DNA of 64,000 bases from Elusimicrobiota bacterium (GTDB taxonomy: Bacteria; Elusimicrobiota; Elusimicrobia; UBA1565; UBA9628), in the NCBI GenBank assembly GCA_016207605.1, contig JACQPJ010000059.1:1238-65237 (forward strand), given 5' to 3'. The position numbers were made by a program, and so were the translations under genes. Below, one piece after another: positions 26,775 to 36,897 of this stretch (the first letter of the stretch is position 1; the number at the start of each line of letters is the position of its first letter). The notes beneath the pieces are model-generated. The model was given only the letters and a program-made list of their open reading frames with translations, searched no databases and was not told the DNA's origin.

Positions 26775-28373
26775 ATGGCGGATAAGGACGCCGTCAAGGA
26801 CGTTAAGACGCCGCGGCCCGCGGCCGCGAGCGTGCAGAGGCTGCGCAAGGCCGTGGAGAAGGCCCGGGGCGGGGGCGGCGCGGCCCGGGTCGAGGCGCAG
26901 AAGGCGCGGGGCAAGTTCACGGCGCGCGAGCGCGTCCAATACCTGCTCGACGAGGGCAGCTTCCAGGAGCTCGACCTGCTCGTGTCCACGCGGGCGACGG
27001 CCTTCGGCCTGCAGGACCGGGAGATCCCCGGCGACGGCGTCGTCGCGGGCTTCGGCCAAGTCAACGGGCGGGAGGTCTGCGTGTACGCGCAGGACTTCAC
27101 CGTGCTGGGGGGCTCGCTGGGCCTGGCCCACGCGCAGAAGATCTGCAAGGTCATGGACCTGGCGCGCGACAACCGCGTGCCCGTGATCGGCCTGCTCGAC
27201 TCGGGCGGGGCGCGCATCCAGGAGGGCGTGGACAGCCTGGACGGGTACGCGGAGATATTCCTGAGAAACGTCCAGGCTTCGGGCGTGATCCCGCAGATCT
27301 CGGTGATCCTGGGGCCCTGCGCGGGGGGAGCGGTCTATTCGCCGGCGCTCACCGACTTCGTCTTCATGGTCGAGGGCATCAGCCACATGTTCGTGACCGG
27401 ACCGGACGTGGTCAAGGCCGCCACCGGCGAGGAGGTGAGCTTCGACGCGCTCGGCGGCTGCGAGGCGCACTCCGCCAAGTCGGGGGTGTGCCACTTCGTG
27501 GCCAAGTCCGAGCCCGACTGCTTCCGCCAGGTGCGCGAGCTGCTGAGCTACCTGCCGCAGAGCCGCGAGGAGAAGCCCCCGCGCGTGGCCAACCCGGACC
27601 CGGTGCGCCGCGCCGTGCCCCTGCTCGAGAAAATGTGCGACCTGGACCCGCGCAAGCCCTACCGCGTCCACCACGTGATCTGGCAGATCGCCGACGAGCA
27701 CAAGTTCTTCGAGGTGCAGGCCCCCTACGCCAAGAACCTCGTGACCGGCTTCTGCCGCCTGGGCGGCGAGACCGTGGGCATCGTGGCCAACAACCCGGCG
27801 CACCTGGCCGGGGCGCTCGACATCAACGCCTCGGACAAGGCCGCGCGCTTCATTCGCTTCCTCAACGCCTTCAACATCCCCATCCTCACCCTCGCGGACG
27901 TGCCCGGCTACTGGCCCGGGGTCCAGCAGGAGCACGGCGGCATCATCCGCCACGGCGCCAAAATCCTCCACGCCTACGCCGAGGCCACGGTGCCCAAGAT
28001 CACCGTGGTCCTGCGCAAGGCCTACGGCGGCGCCTACATCGCGATGAGCTCCAAGCACATGCGCGGCGACTTCAACTTCGCCCTGCCCTGCGCCGAGATC
28101 GCGGTCATGGGCCCCGCCGGCGCCGTGGAGATCCTCTACTCGCGCGACCTGGCCGCGTGCCGAAGCGAAGCCGAGCGGGCCGCGCTCAAGACCAGGCTCA
28201 CCGCCGAGTACGCGGCCAAGTTCGCCTCGCCCTACCAGACCGCGTCGGCGGGCTCCCTGGACGAGGTGATCGAGCCGGCCCAGCTGCGCCACAAGGTCAT
28301 CCGCGCCCTGCGTTTCCTCAAGGACAAGCGGACCCCCGGAACGCACGAGAACCGCGGCAACATCCCGCTGTGA
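26775..28373 (+). CDS. pccB: acyl-CoA carboxylase carboxyltransferase (beta) subunit
   Basis: GKFTARER, PGDGVV, QDFTVLGGS, DSGGARIQEG, GPCAGGAVYSPA, LRKAYGGA; TATAAT and GGAGG upstream. Confidence 0.93.
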   Translation: MADKDAVKDVKTPRPAAASVQRLRKAVEKARGGGGAARVEAQKARGKFTARERVQYLLDEGSFQELDLLVSTRATAFGLQDREIPGDGVVAGFGQVNGREVCVYAQDFTVLGGSLGLAHAQKICKVMDLARDNRVPVIGLLDSGGARIQEGVDSLDGYAEIFLRNVQASGVIPQISVILGPCAGGAVYSPALTDFVFMVEGISHMFVTGPDVVKAATGEEVSFDALGGCEAHSAKSGVCHFVAKSEPDCFRQVRELLSYLPQSREEKPPRVANPDPVRRAVPLLEKMCDLDPRKPYRVHHVIWQIADEHKFFEVQAPYAKNLVTGFCRLGGETVGIVANNPAHLAGALDINASDKAARFIRFLNAFNIPILTLADVPGYWPGVQQEHGGIIRHGAKILHAYAEATVPKITVVLRKAYGGAYIAMSSKHMRGDFNFALPCAEIAVMGPAGAVEILYSRDLAACRSEAERAALKTRLTAEYAAKFASPYQTASAGSLDEVIEPAQLRHKVIRALRFLKDKRTPGTHENRGNIPL

Positions 28374-29062
28374 TCATCAAGGCGCGAATTCTCGTGGTCG
28401 AGGACCAGGCTCCCACCGCGAACCTGATCCTGGACGTGCTTCAGGCGGAGGGCTACGGCGCCCAGGCCGTCTCCTCGCTGGCCCAGGCGCGCGAGCGGCT
28501 GCGCAAGGCCCCGCCGGAGCTCGTCATCCTGGACCGCACCCTGCCCGACGGCGACGGCGCCGACCTCCTCGCCGAGATCCGCCGCGACGAGGCGCTCGCG
28601 CGCCTGCCCGTGCTCATCCTCACGGCCCGCAAGGACCCCGCTGACAGGGTCGCCGGCCTGCGCGGCGGCGCCGACGACTACGTGGCCAAGCCCTTCCACG
28701 TCGAGGAGCTGGCCGCGCGCGTCGGGGCCCTGCTGCGCCGGTCCGGCCGCGCCGAGGAGGAGCCCTCCGCGCTCGAGGCCGCGGGGCTCAAGCTCGACCG
28801 CGCGGCGCGCACGGCATGGACGCAGGGCCGCAACGCCGGGCTCACCGCCCGGGAGTTCGACCTGCTCTGGCTGCTGGTCCGGCGCCGGGGCAGCGTGCTG
28901 ACGCGCGACTTCCTGCTCCAGCACATCTGGGGCTACGACCAGGGCGCGGAGCTCACCACCAAGGTGATCGACGTCACGCTCTCGCATCTGCGCCGCAAGA
29001 TCGGCGCGCCCGCCGACAAGATCGCCGCGGTTCGCGGCTTCGGCTACCGCTTCGACGGCTGA
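28370..29062 (+). CDS. OmpR-family response regulator
   Basis: ILVVED, VILDRTLPDGDG, GADDYVAKPF, LTAREFDLL, IDVTLSHLRRK, VRGFGYRF; GTGA overlap. Confidence 0.94.
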   Translation: MIIKARILVVEDQAPTANLILDVLQAEGYGAQAVSSLAQARERLRKAPPELVILDRTLPDGDGADLLAEIRRDEALARLPVLILTARKDPADRVAGLRGGADDYVAKPFHVEELAARVGALLRRSGRAEEEPSALEAAGLKLDRAARTAWTQGRNAGLTAREFDLLWLLVRRRGSVLTRDFLLQHIWGYDQGAELTTKVIDVTLSHLRRKIGAPADKIAAVRGFGYRFDG

Positions 29063-29068
29063 GCCGGC

Positions 29069-29731
29069 ATGCTGCAGGACATAACCCACCCCTATACGAG
29101 GGTCGAATCGTTTGTTTATGACAAAATGATGGCTCCCGCGGTCGCATCCGTCGCAGAGCAGCGGGCAGGACCATTGATCAACGCCGTTCCGGAGAACGGC
29201 GCGATTCTCGACGTCGGCTGCGGCGGAGGACAGATGATCTGCGTCATCAAGAAACTGCGGCCTGATCTCCGCGCCTGGGGCATCGATCTCTCAAAACAAC
29301 AAGTCATAAGAGCCCGAAAGCGAACCAAATCCCTTGGGGATGCGGTCGATATCAAGGAAGGCTCGGCGCTGCAGATGCCTTACGACAGCGGTTGTTTCGA
29401 TCTCGTCGTCTCCATCGCATCCATCAAGCACTGGCCCGACAGGGCGCGCGGCCTGCGGGAATGCGTCAGGGTCTTGAAGCCGGGCGGAAGGCTTTTCGTC
29501 TCCGAGGTCGATAAGGAGTTCGATCGCGCGGCGGGGATGGAGTTTGTCGGCAACTGGCGGATTCCCTTTTTTCTAAGACCCGTGGCGCTGCGCTTTTTCA
29601 CACGATATGTGGCCGATCCCTCACTTGGACTCGACGAAGCTAAAATGCTCGCAGCGCAGCTGCCGGCAACGGAGGCGACCGCGTCAAAAACCGATGGGCT
29701 GCCGGTCTGGGAAATCCGCGTCACAAAATAA
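29069..29731 (+). CDS. class I SAM-dependent methyltransferase
   Basis: ILDVGCGGG, GIDLS, FDLVVS, LKPGG; lower GC than neighbours. Confidence 0.88.
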   Translation: MLQDITHPYTRVESFVYDKMMAPAVASVAEQRAGPLINAVPENGAILDVGCGGGQMICVIKKLRPDLRAWGIDLSKQQVIRARKRTKSLGDAVDIKEGSALQMPYDSGCFDLVVSIASIKHWPDRARGLRECVRVLKPGGRLFVSEVDKEFDRAAGMEFVGNWRIPFFLRPVALRFFTRYVADPSLGLDEAKMLAAQLPATEATASKTDGLPVWEIRVTK

Positions 29732-29765
29732 TTCGCGCCTTATCGCGCAGGAACACAACTCGGAT

Positions 29766-30101
29766 TCACGACGCGAACCGAACCGCCGGCTCCACCCGTA
29801 AACGAAGCTTGGACGCGACCATCACCCGGACGATGCTCTTCCAGTCCGGGTTTCCGCGCTTGGAAAACATCTTGTTAAGGCTCACCCGATCCTTGCGCGC
29901 GTGAGCGCCGTCTTTCGCGTCTTCGGAGGAAGGCGACGGCGTCCGCACGGCGTCAAAGCCAAAGGCGCCGAACAGGCTCTGCAAGGTTGTCCAGCGCGCG
30001 TCGCCGCCGCGCTCGAGCCGAGCAATGACGGCTTGGTCAATGCCCGCTGTCTCGGCGAGATGGCGCTGAGAAATGCCGCGGAAACAGCGCAGCGCGTGCA
30101 A
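29766..30101 (-). pseudogene. chimeric HTH remnant (XRE-type N-part plus addiction-module-antidote-type C-part)
   Basis: SQRHLAETAGIDQAVIARLERG (XRE HTH) followed by RVSLNKMFSKRGNPDWKSIVRVM (second HTH tail). Confidence 0.55.
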
Positions 30102-30238
30102 TTGCTCGCGCGGAGAGGCCCGACATCAAGCGCCGGGGATTGAATCGGCAGCGCGGAAGACCCGATCCAAAGTTTCCTGAAGTTCCACCCTCTATATACG
30201 CGCCGGGGGGTCTAAAAGCTTCCGTCAAAAACGGCCTC

Positions 30239-30709
30239 TCAGCGGTCAGGGATCGGAACGGAAAAGCGCAGGGCGTCGCCTTCCTTGAGTTTATGGCGCG
30301 CGGCGGCGCCGGAGGGGAGCTCCAGGACGTACTGGCCGAGGCCGCTGGCGCGCGCGACCCGGTCTTCGGGAGTATCGAGGCGGGAAGCGGGAAGACGGGA
30401 ATGGACCGCGGTCACGCGCTTGTCCGCGCCGATCCAGAGGAGGTCGAGCGGCACGAAGGTGTTCTTCATCCAGAACTGCAGGCTCATCTCGCGGGGGAAG
30501 ACGAAGAGCATGCCGTAGTCCTTGGGCAGCTTGGTCCGGCACATCAGCCCGATCTCCCGAGTCGCCGGAGCGTCCACGACGTCCACGCGCAAGGTCCGGC
30601 CCGAGGGCAGCGTCAGGACGGCGTGCTTGGCGGCGGTCTGCGGCCGGCAGGCTGGCGCGGCCGCGGCGGCGGGCGGCGCCAAGGCCGCAAGCAGGATGAA
30701 AATCATCAT
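30239..30709 (-). CDS. DUF192 family secreted protein
   Basis: Signal peptide; VDVVDAPATREIGLM, GMLFVF, FWMKNTFVPLDLLW, YVLELPSG. Confidence 0.9.
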   Translation of the reverse strand: MMIFILLAALAPPAAAAAPACRPQTAAKHAVLTLPSGRTLRVDVVDAPATREIGLMCRTKLPKDYGMLFVFPREMSLQFWMKNTFVPLDLLWIGADKRVTAVHSRLPASRLDTPEDRVARASGLGQYVLELPSGAAARHKLKEGDALRFSVPIPDR

Positions 30710-30773
30710 TGAGCCGGATCATATGATATACTGCGCCGTTCGAGAATCTCGTCGAGAAGCGGAGGCAATCCCG

Positions 30774-31007
30774 ATGGTGACCGGACTGGTGCTGGTGCGT
30801 CTGATGGCGGGCCAGGAGAAGAAGGCCCTGACCCGGATCAAGGAACTCAAGGGCGTCTCGCACGTGACCGCGGTGTTCGGGCGGTGGGACCTGGTCCTGG
30901 ACATCGAGACCGAGGACGTGGGCACGCTCTCCAACGTGGTCGTGCGCGACATCCGCGCCACCCCCGGCGTGCTCTCCACCGAAAGCCTGGTCACGACCTC
31001 GATCTAG
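30774..31007 (+). CDS. stand-alone Lrp/AsnC ligand-binding domain protein
   Basis: 77 aa, GVSHVTAVFGRWDLV, IRATPGVLSTES; GGAGG upstream. Confidence 0.85.
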   Translation: MVTGLVLVRLMAGQEKKALTRIKELKGVSHVTAVFGRWDLVLDIETEDVGTLSNVVVRDIRATPGVLSTESLVTTSI

Positions 31008-31013
31008 GACCTC

Positions 31014-31991
31014 GTGGAGCCCGTCCTCTCGGTCCGCGGCCTGCGCGCGCATTTCGTGACGCCGGAGCGGACGGTGAAGGCCGTCGACGGCATCAGCTAC
31101 GACCTGCACGCGGGCAAGACCCTCGCCGTCGTCGGGGAGTCGGGCTCGGGCAAGAGCGTCCACGCGCTGTCCATCCTGGGCCTGCTCCCCTCGCCGCCCG
31201 CCAAGGTCGTCGGGGGAGAGATTCTCTTCGGCGGACGGGACCTGCTCCGGGCGACCCCCGCGCAGATGCGCGCCGTCCGCGGCAACCGCATCGGGATGAT
31301 CTTCCAGGAGCCCATGACCAGCCTCAACCCCGTCCTGCGCGTGGGCGAGCAGATCGCCGAGGCCGTGCGACTCCACCGGAAGGCCTCCCCGGCCGCGGCC
31401 TGGGCCAAGGCCGTGGAGCTCCTGCGCAAGGTCGGCATCCCCAATCCCGAAGAGAGAGCGCGCGACTTCCCGCACCAATTCTCCGGGGGCATGCGCCAGC
31501 GCGCGATGATCGCCATCGCCCTGTCCTGCGAGCCCGACGTGCTCATCGCCGACGAGCCCACCACCGCGCTCGACGTCACCATCCAGGCGCAGATCCTGGA
31601 GCTGATGCGGGAGCTCCAGAGGGAGTACAAGACCGCCTTGGTGCTCATCACGCACAACATCGGCGTGGTCGCGCGCATGGCCGACGAGGTCGTGGTCATG
31701 TACGCCGGGCGCGCGGTCGAGCGCGCGCCGGTCGACGCCTTGTTCAAGACCCCGGCGCATCCCTACACGCGGGGCCTGCTGGCCTCGGCCCCGTCCCTCT
31801 ACGAGCGCCGCGAGCGCCTCGACGCCATCCCGGGCCAGCCGCCGGACCTGGGCGGGGAGCTGGCGGGCTGCCCCTTCGCGCCGCGCTGTCCCCAGGTCAT
31901 GGACCGCTGCCGCATCGAGGATCCGCCCTTCTTCCGCCTGACCGGCGGGCGCCGTTCGAACTGCTGGAAGAGCGAGGCCGCGGCGGCATGA
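31014..31991 (+). CDS. oppD: oligopeptide ABC transporter ATP-binding protein
   Basis: [41 protein letters not shown]. Confidence 0.95.
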   Translation: MEPVLSVRGLRAHFVTPERTVKAVDGISYDLHAGKTLAVVGESGSGKSVHALSILGLLPSPPAKVVGGEILFGGRDLLRATPAQMRAVRGNRIGMIFQEPMTSLNPVLRVGEQIAEAVRLHRKASPAAAWAKAVELLRKVGIPNPEERARDFPHQFSGGMRQRAMIAIALSCEPDVLIADEPTTALDVTIQAQILELMRELQREYKTALVLITHNIGVVARMADEVVVMYAGRAVERAPVDALFKTPAHPYTRGLLASAPSLYERRERLDAIPGQPPDLGGELAGCPFAPRCPQVMDRCRIEDPPFFRLTGGRRSNCWKSEAAAA

Positions 31992-33007
31992 GCGCGCCTC
32001 TGCTCGAGCTGCGCGGCGTGCGCAAGCGCTTCGCCGCGCGCCAGGGCCTTTTCGGCGGGACGGCGTCGGTGCGCGCGGTGGACGGCGTGTCCCTGGCGAT
32101 CGCGCCCCGGGAAAGCTTCGCGGTGGTCGGCGAGTCGGGCTGCGGCAAGACCACGCTCGGCCGCCTGGCCCTCGCGCTGGAGGCCCCCAGCGAGGGGCAG
32201 GTCCTCTTCGAAGGCCAGGACCTCGCGGCTCTCTCCGGCGCGCGGCTGCGGCGCGTGCGCCGCAGCCTCCAGGTGATCTTCCAGGACCCCTACGCCAGCC
32301 TCAACCCGCGCATGACCGTCGAGCGCATCATCGCCGAGCCCTGGGACATCCACGGCCTGCACAAGAGCCCGGCGGAGCGCGCCCGGCGGCTCGACAAGCT
32401 CCTCGACGACTGCGGCATCGCCCGCGGCCTGCGCGCGCGCCATCCCCATGAGCTCTCGGGCGGCCAGCGCCAGCGCGTGGGCATCGCGCGCGCGCTGGCC
32501 CTGGAGCCCAAGCTCGTCGTCGCCGACGAGCCGGTCTCGGCCCTCGACCTCTCCGTCCAGGCGCAGATTCTCAATCTGCTCAAGGACCTGCAGGCCGAGC
32601 ACCAGCTCGCCTACCTCTTCATCTCCCACGACTTCTCCGTGGTGCGCCACCTCTGCACCCGCATCGCGGTGATGTACCTGGGCCGGATCGTGGAAACGGC
32701 CGACTCCGAGAGCCTCCTGCGCGACCCCCAGCACCCCTACACCGAGGCCCTCCTCTCCGCCGTCCCCGTCCCCGACCCCGAGGCGGAGAGGCTCCGTCGG
32801 CGCGTGATCCTGTCGGGCGACGTGCCCAGCCCCTTGAGGCCGCCGCCCGGCTGCCGCTTCCACCCCCGCTGCCGCTACGCCGTCGCCGCCTGCCGCACCG
32901 AGGACCCGGCGCTGGCCGAGGCCAAGCCCGCTCACCTCGCCGCCTGTCCCGTCCTGCCGTTCCGGGCCCGGCCCAGCGAGGCGGCCCTGACCGCCCCCGG
33001 ACATTGA
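31988..33007 (+). CDS. oppF: oligopeptide ABC transporter ATP-binding protein
   Basis: [48 protein letters not shown]. Confidence 0.95.
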   Translation: MSAPLLELRGVRKRFAARQGLFGGTASVRAVDGVSLAIAPRESFAVVGESGCGKTTLGRLALALEAPSEGQVLFEGQDLAALSGARLRRVRRSLQVIFQDPYASLNPRMTVERIIAEPWDIHGLHKSPAERARRLDKLLDDCGIARGLRARHPHELSGGQRQRVGIARALALEPKLVVADEPVSALDLSVQAQILNLLKDLQAEHQLAYLFISHDFSVVRHLCTRIAVMYLGRIVETADSESLLRDPQHPYTEALLSAVPVPDPEAERLRRRVILSGDVPSPLRPPPGCRFHPRCRYAVAACRTEDPALAEAKPAHLAACPVLPFRARPSEAALTAPGH

Positions 33008-33017
33008 GGAGAAATCC

Positions 33018-35159
33018 ATGAGCCACGCGCCCGCCGAAACCGCGACCGCGCCGCCGCCGGCCTACGTCCCGGCCCAGTCCCGCGTCCCCGAATTCACCAT
33101 CCAAGCCGTGATCCTGGGCTTCGTCCTCTCCATCGTCTTCAACGCGGCCAACGCCTACCTGGGCCTCAAGATCGGCCTGACGGTCTCCGCCTCGATCCCC
33201 TCGGCCATCATCTCGATGGGCGTGCTGCGCATGCTCTTGCCCCGGCTGATCGGGCGCGGCGGCACCGTCCTCGAGAACATGGTCGTGCACTCCATCGCCT
33301 CCAACGGCGAGGCGCTGGCCGCGGCCGTGATCTTCACCGTGCCCGCGCTCCTCTTCATGGGCCAGGGCCTGTCCAATTCGCGCGTCTTCCTGCTCGGCGC
33401 CGTGGGCGGCGTGCTCGGCATCCTCATCATGATTCCGCTGCGCCGCTCGATGGTCGTCCAGGAGCACGGCCGCCTGCCCTTCCCGGAGGGGACCGCCTGC
33501 GCGCAGGTCCTCATCGCCGGCGACAAGGGCGGCGCCAGCGCCAAGCCCGTGTTCATGGGCATCCTGGCCGGCGGCTTGTTCCGCTTCGCGATGTCGGGGC
33601 TCAACCTGTTCAAGGACATCCTCTTTTGGTCCTCCCCGCGACTGAACATGGCCGGCTTCGGCTACGAGGTCTCGCCGCTGCTCGTGGGCGTGGGCTACTT
33701 GGTGGGCCTGCGCATCACGGCCATGATGCTGGCCGGCGGCCTGCTCGGCTACTGGGTCCTCATCCCGCTCATCCACGCCTTCGGCGGCCACAACGTCGTC
33801 GCCCCGGGCGCGATCCCCATCGACGAGATGAGCACCGGCGCCCTGCGCGCCACCTACGTGCGCTACATCGGCGCGGGAGGCGTGGCCTTCGGCGGGCTGG
33901 TGAGCCTGCTCAAGTCCCTGCCCGATATCCTCTCCTCGATCCGGGAGAGCCTGGCCACCCTGGCCGCGGCGGGCGGCGCGCGGGGAGGGGGAGAAAAGGC
34001 GGAGACGGACCGCGAGCACCGGGCCGTCGTTTTCGGCGGCGGGCTTCTCGGCTTCCTGGTCGGCGCCTTCGTCGGCGACCACGACTCGGCCTCCGCGATG
34101 GCCCTGCAGGTGGTCCTGGGCGGCGGCGCGGGCGCGCTCGTCGGCGCGGGGCTCTTCCACTGGCTGGCGCGCGGCGCCGTGCGCTGCGGCGCGGGCGCGG
34201 CGCGCACCGACCACGACCTGCCCCTGCCCTTCGTGGGCCTGGGCATCGCCGCGATGTTCGCGGCCCTCTGGCTGACGCCCGCCTTCGGGCTGAGCTTCCT
34301 GGAGACGCTCATCGTCGTGGTCTTCTGCGTCTTTTTCGTCGCCGTGTCGGCGCGCATGGTGGGGCTCATCGGCACGACCAACCAGCCCGTCTCAGGCATG
34401 ACGATCACGGCCCTGCTGGCGCTCACGCTGCTCTTCGTGGCCCTCGGCCACGACGCGGGGAGCGTGCAGACCGCGGCGATCATGGGCGGCGCCGTGGTGT
34501 GCATCGCCATTTCCCTTTCGGGGGACTTGTCCCAGGACCTCAAGACCGCGATGCTGGTGGGCGCCACGCCGTGGAAGATCCAGCTCACCCACGTCATGGG
34601 GACCCTGGTCTCGGCCGTGCGCTCGGGCTTCATCCTGCTCATCCTGTACAAGGCCTACGGCTTCGGCGCGCCCACGCTCGAGCACCCGCATCCGCTGGAG
34701 GCCCCGCAGGCCCGCTTGATGGCCGACTTGGTCCACGGCGCGACCGGAGGGAACCTGCCCTGGACTTTGCTCCTGCTCGGCGCGGGGATCGGTCTGATCG
34801 CGGAGCTCTGCGGGCTCTCGGCGCTGGCCCTGGCCATCGGTCTCTACTTGCCGCTGACGAACTGGCCGATGATGGCGCTGGGCGGCCTGCTGGCCTGGGT
34901 CATGGCCCGGCGCCACGGCGGCCATGAGCGCGAGGACAACCCCGGCTCCCTCTTCAGCTCCGGCCTCATCGCGGGCGACGCCCTGATGGGCATCGGCCTG
35001 GCCCTGATCACCGTGCTGGGCAAGGCCGCCTTCCTCAATATGCGCCCGGGCCTGCCCGAGGCGAGCACGGCCGCGGAGACCCTGCTCTCCACCGCGCTCT
35101 ACGCCGGCGTCGTGCTCCTGCTCTGGCGCTGGGCCTCGGGCCGCCGGCGCCATGCGTAG
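33018..35159 (+). CDS. OPT-family oligopeptide transporter
   Basis: ANAYLGLKIGLTVSASIP, LPFPEGTACA, NQPVSGMTI, QDLKT, APQA, SGLIAGDAL. Confidence 0.94.
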   Translation: MSHAPAETATAPPPAYVPAQSRVPEFTIQAVILGFVLSIVFNAANAYLGLKIGLTVSASIPSAIISMGVLRMLLPRLIGRGGTVLENMVVHSIASNGEALAAAVIFTVPALLFMGQGLSNSRVFLLGAVGGVLGILIMIPLRRSMVVQEHGRLPFPEGTACAQVLIAGDKGGASAKPVFMGILAGGLFRFAMSGLNLFKDILFWSSPRLNMAGFGYEVSPLLVGVGYLVGLRITAMMLAGGLLGYWVLIPLIHAFGGHNVVAPGAIPIDEMSTGALRATYVRYIGAGGVAFGGLVSLLKSLPDILSSIRESLATLAAAGGARGGGEKAETDREHRAVVFGGGLLGFLVGAFVGDHDSASAMALQVVLGGGAGALVGAGLFHWLARGAVRCGAGAARTDHDLPLPFVGLGIAAMFAALWLTPAFGLSFLETLIVVVFCVFFVAVSARMVGLIGTTNQPVSGMTITALLALTLLFVALGHDAGSVQTAAIMGGAVVCIAISLSGDLSQDLKTAMLVGATPWKIQLTHVMGTLVSAVRSGFILLILYKAYGFGAPTLEHPHPLEAPQARLMADLVHGATGGNLPWTLLLLGAGIGLIAELCGLSALALAIGLYLPLTNWPMMALGGLLAWVMARRHGGHEREDNPGSLFSSGLIAGDALMGIGLALITVLGKAAFLNMRPGLPEASTAAETLLSTALYAGVVLLLWRWASGRRRHA

Positions 35160-36897
35160 CCGCGCCCTGGCCGCGGCCGCGCTGCTGGCGGCCGCGGGAG
35201 CCGCGTCGCCGGCGTCCGCGGACAACCCCGGCACACTGGTCTACGACCTAGCGGCCGACGTGGACACGCTCGACCCCGCCTGGGCCTACGACTCGACCTC
35301 CCTGTTCGTCATCTCCCAGATGTACGAGGGTCTGGTGGCCTTCGACGGCCCGGCCCTCGACCGCTTCCAGCCCCGCCTGGCCTCGGTCGTGCCCACGCGC
35401 GAGAACGGCTTCCTCTCCGCCGACGGCCTGACCTACGCCTTCCCCCTGCGGCGCGGAGTCACGTTTCATGACGGGAGCGCCGTGACGCCGGCGGACGTGA
35501 AGTATTCCCTGATGCGCTTCCTGCTCACCGACCGCGACGGGGGACCCTCCGCCCTCCTGCTCGAGCCCTTGATCGGCCGCCGCCGCGCGGCGGGCCCCGA
35601 CGGCCGCCCCGACCCCGCCGTCTTTGACGCCGCGGACAAGGCCGTCTCGATCGAGGGCGGGGCGCTGGTCCTGCGCCTCAAAAAACCGTTCGCGCCGCTC
35701 TTGTCCGTGCTCGCGGGCTTCGCGCCCGCGATCTCGCGGGCCGACGTCGCCGCCCACGGCGGCTGGGACGGGACCAAGCAGGCCTGGCCCGCGCACTGGA
35801 ACCCGCCCAAGACCGCGGCCGCCCTCCACGGCCGCGCCGACGGCACCGGACCCTTCAAGCTCGCGGCCTGGGACCGGGCCGGCCGGGTCCTCCTGCTGGC
35901 GCGCCACGACGGCTACTGGCGCCGGCCCGCGGCCCTGGCCGCGGCGCGCCTGGAGACGGTCCCGGACGACCGCGAGCGCCGCCGGCGCCTCCTGCGCGGC
36001 GACGCCGACGTCATCCAGGCCGATCCGGTCCTGGCGGCCTCGCTGGCCTCCAGCACGGGCGTGACCGTGGAGGCCAACCTGCCCGCGCTCGAGGTGCCCG
36101 GCGTCGTTCTCTTCAACTTCTCGGCCGCGGCCCAAGACAACCCCTGGCTCGGCTCCGGCCGCCTGGACGGCGACGGCGTGCCGCCGGACTTCTTCGCCGA
36201 CCGAGCCGTGCGCAAGGCCTTCGCGCTCGCCTTCGACGGCGACGCCTACATTCGGGAGAGCTGGCGCGGCCTGGCCCGGCGCGCCGCGGGGCCCATACCG
36301 CCGGGCTTGCCCGGGTACACGCCGACCCTGGCGGGCTGGACGCGCTCGCTCGAGCTTGCCGCGCAGTCCCTGCGGTCGGCGCGCGGGGGGGCGATCTGGG
36401 CTGCGGGCTTCCGCCTGCCCGTCGCCTACGTGGAGGGCCGCGGCGAGAGTCTGGCCGTCTGCCGCCGCCTCCGGGCCGACCTCGCCGCTCTCGACCCGAA
36501 GTTCCGCGTGGAGTGCCGCGGCCTGCCCCAGCCCGCCCTGCTGGGCGAACTGCGCGCCCGCCGCCCGGCCTGCCTGATCCACCGCTGGATCCTGGACTAC
36601 CCGGACTCCCACAACGCCGCGGAGCCCTTCCTCGGCGCCCACGGCGTCTTCGCCGAACCGCTGGGCTACGCCAATCCCAAGGCCAACGCGCTCGTCGAGC
36701 AGGCCGCCGCGGAGTTGGACCCCAACCAGCGCAAGCCGCTCTATGCGGAGCTCCAGGCCCTGGCCGTCTACGACGCCCCCCAGCTCTACACCGTCAACAC
36801 CTACGGCGCGCTGGCCCGCCGCGCGAAGGTGCTCAACTGGACCTACAACCCCGTCCAACCCCACGGAAACTTATATGAGGTCTCGAAACTCCCATGA
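35152..36897 (+). CDS. oppA: peptide ABC transporter substrate-binding protein (family 5), paralog 1
   Basis: Signal peptide; TLDPAWAYD, FHDG...T..DVKYS, GTGPFKL, DYPD. Confidence 0.88.
   Translation: MRSRALAAAALLAAAGAASPASADNPGTLVYDLAADVDTLDPAWAYDSTSLFVISQMYEGLVAFDGPALDRFQPRLASVVPTRENGFLSADGLTYAFPLRRGVTFHDGSAVTPADVKYSLMRFLLTDRDGGPSALLLEPLIGRRRAAGPDGRPDPAVFDAADKAVSIEGGALVLRLKKPFAPLLSVLAGFAPAISRADVAAHGGWDGTKQAWPAHWNPPKTAAALHGRADGTGPFKLAAWDRAGRVLLLARHDGYWRRPAALAAARLETVPDDRERRRRLLRGDADVIQADPVLAASLASSTGVTVEANLPALEVPGVVLFNFSAAAQDNPWLGSGRLDGDGVPPDFFADRAVRKAFALAFDGDAYIRESWRGLARRAAGPIPPGLPGYTPTLAGWTRSLELAAQSLRSARGGAIWAAGFRLPVAYVEGRGESLAVCRRLRADLAALDPKFRVECRGLPQPALLGELRARRPACLIHRWILDYPDSHNAAEPFLGAHGVFAEPLGYANPKANALVEQAAAELDPNQRKPLYAELQALAVYDAPQLYTVNTYGALARRAKVLNWTYNPVQPHGNLYEVSKLP

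Noticed and set aside
28370-29062. Orphan response regulator coupled to pccB as a novel system
   Set aside because: Orphan OmpR regulators and lone carboxyltransferase genes are common; nothing in the sequence links them functionally
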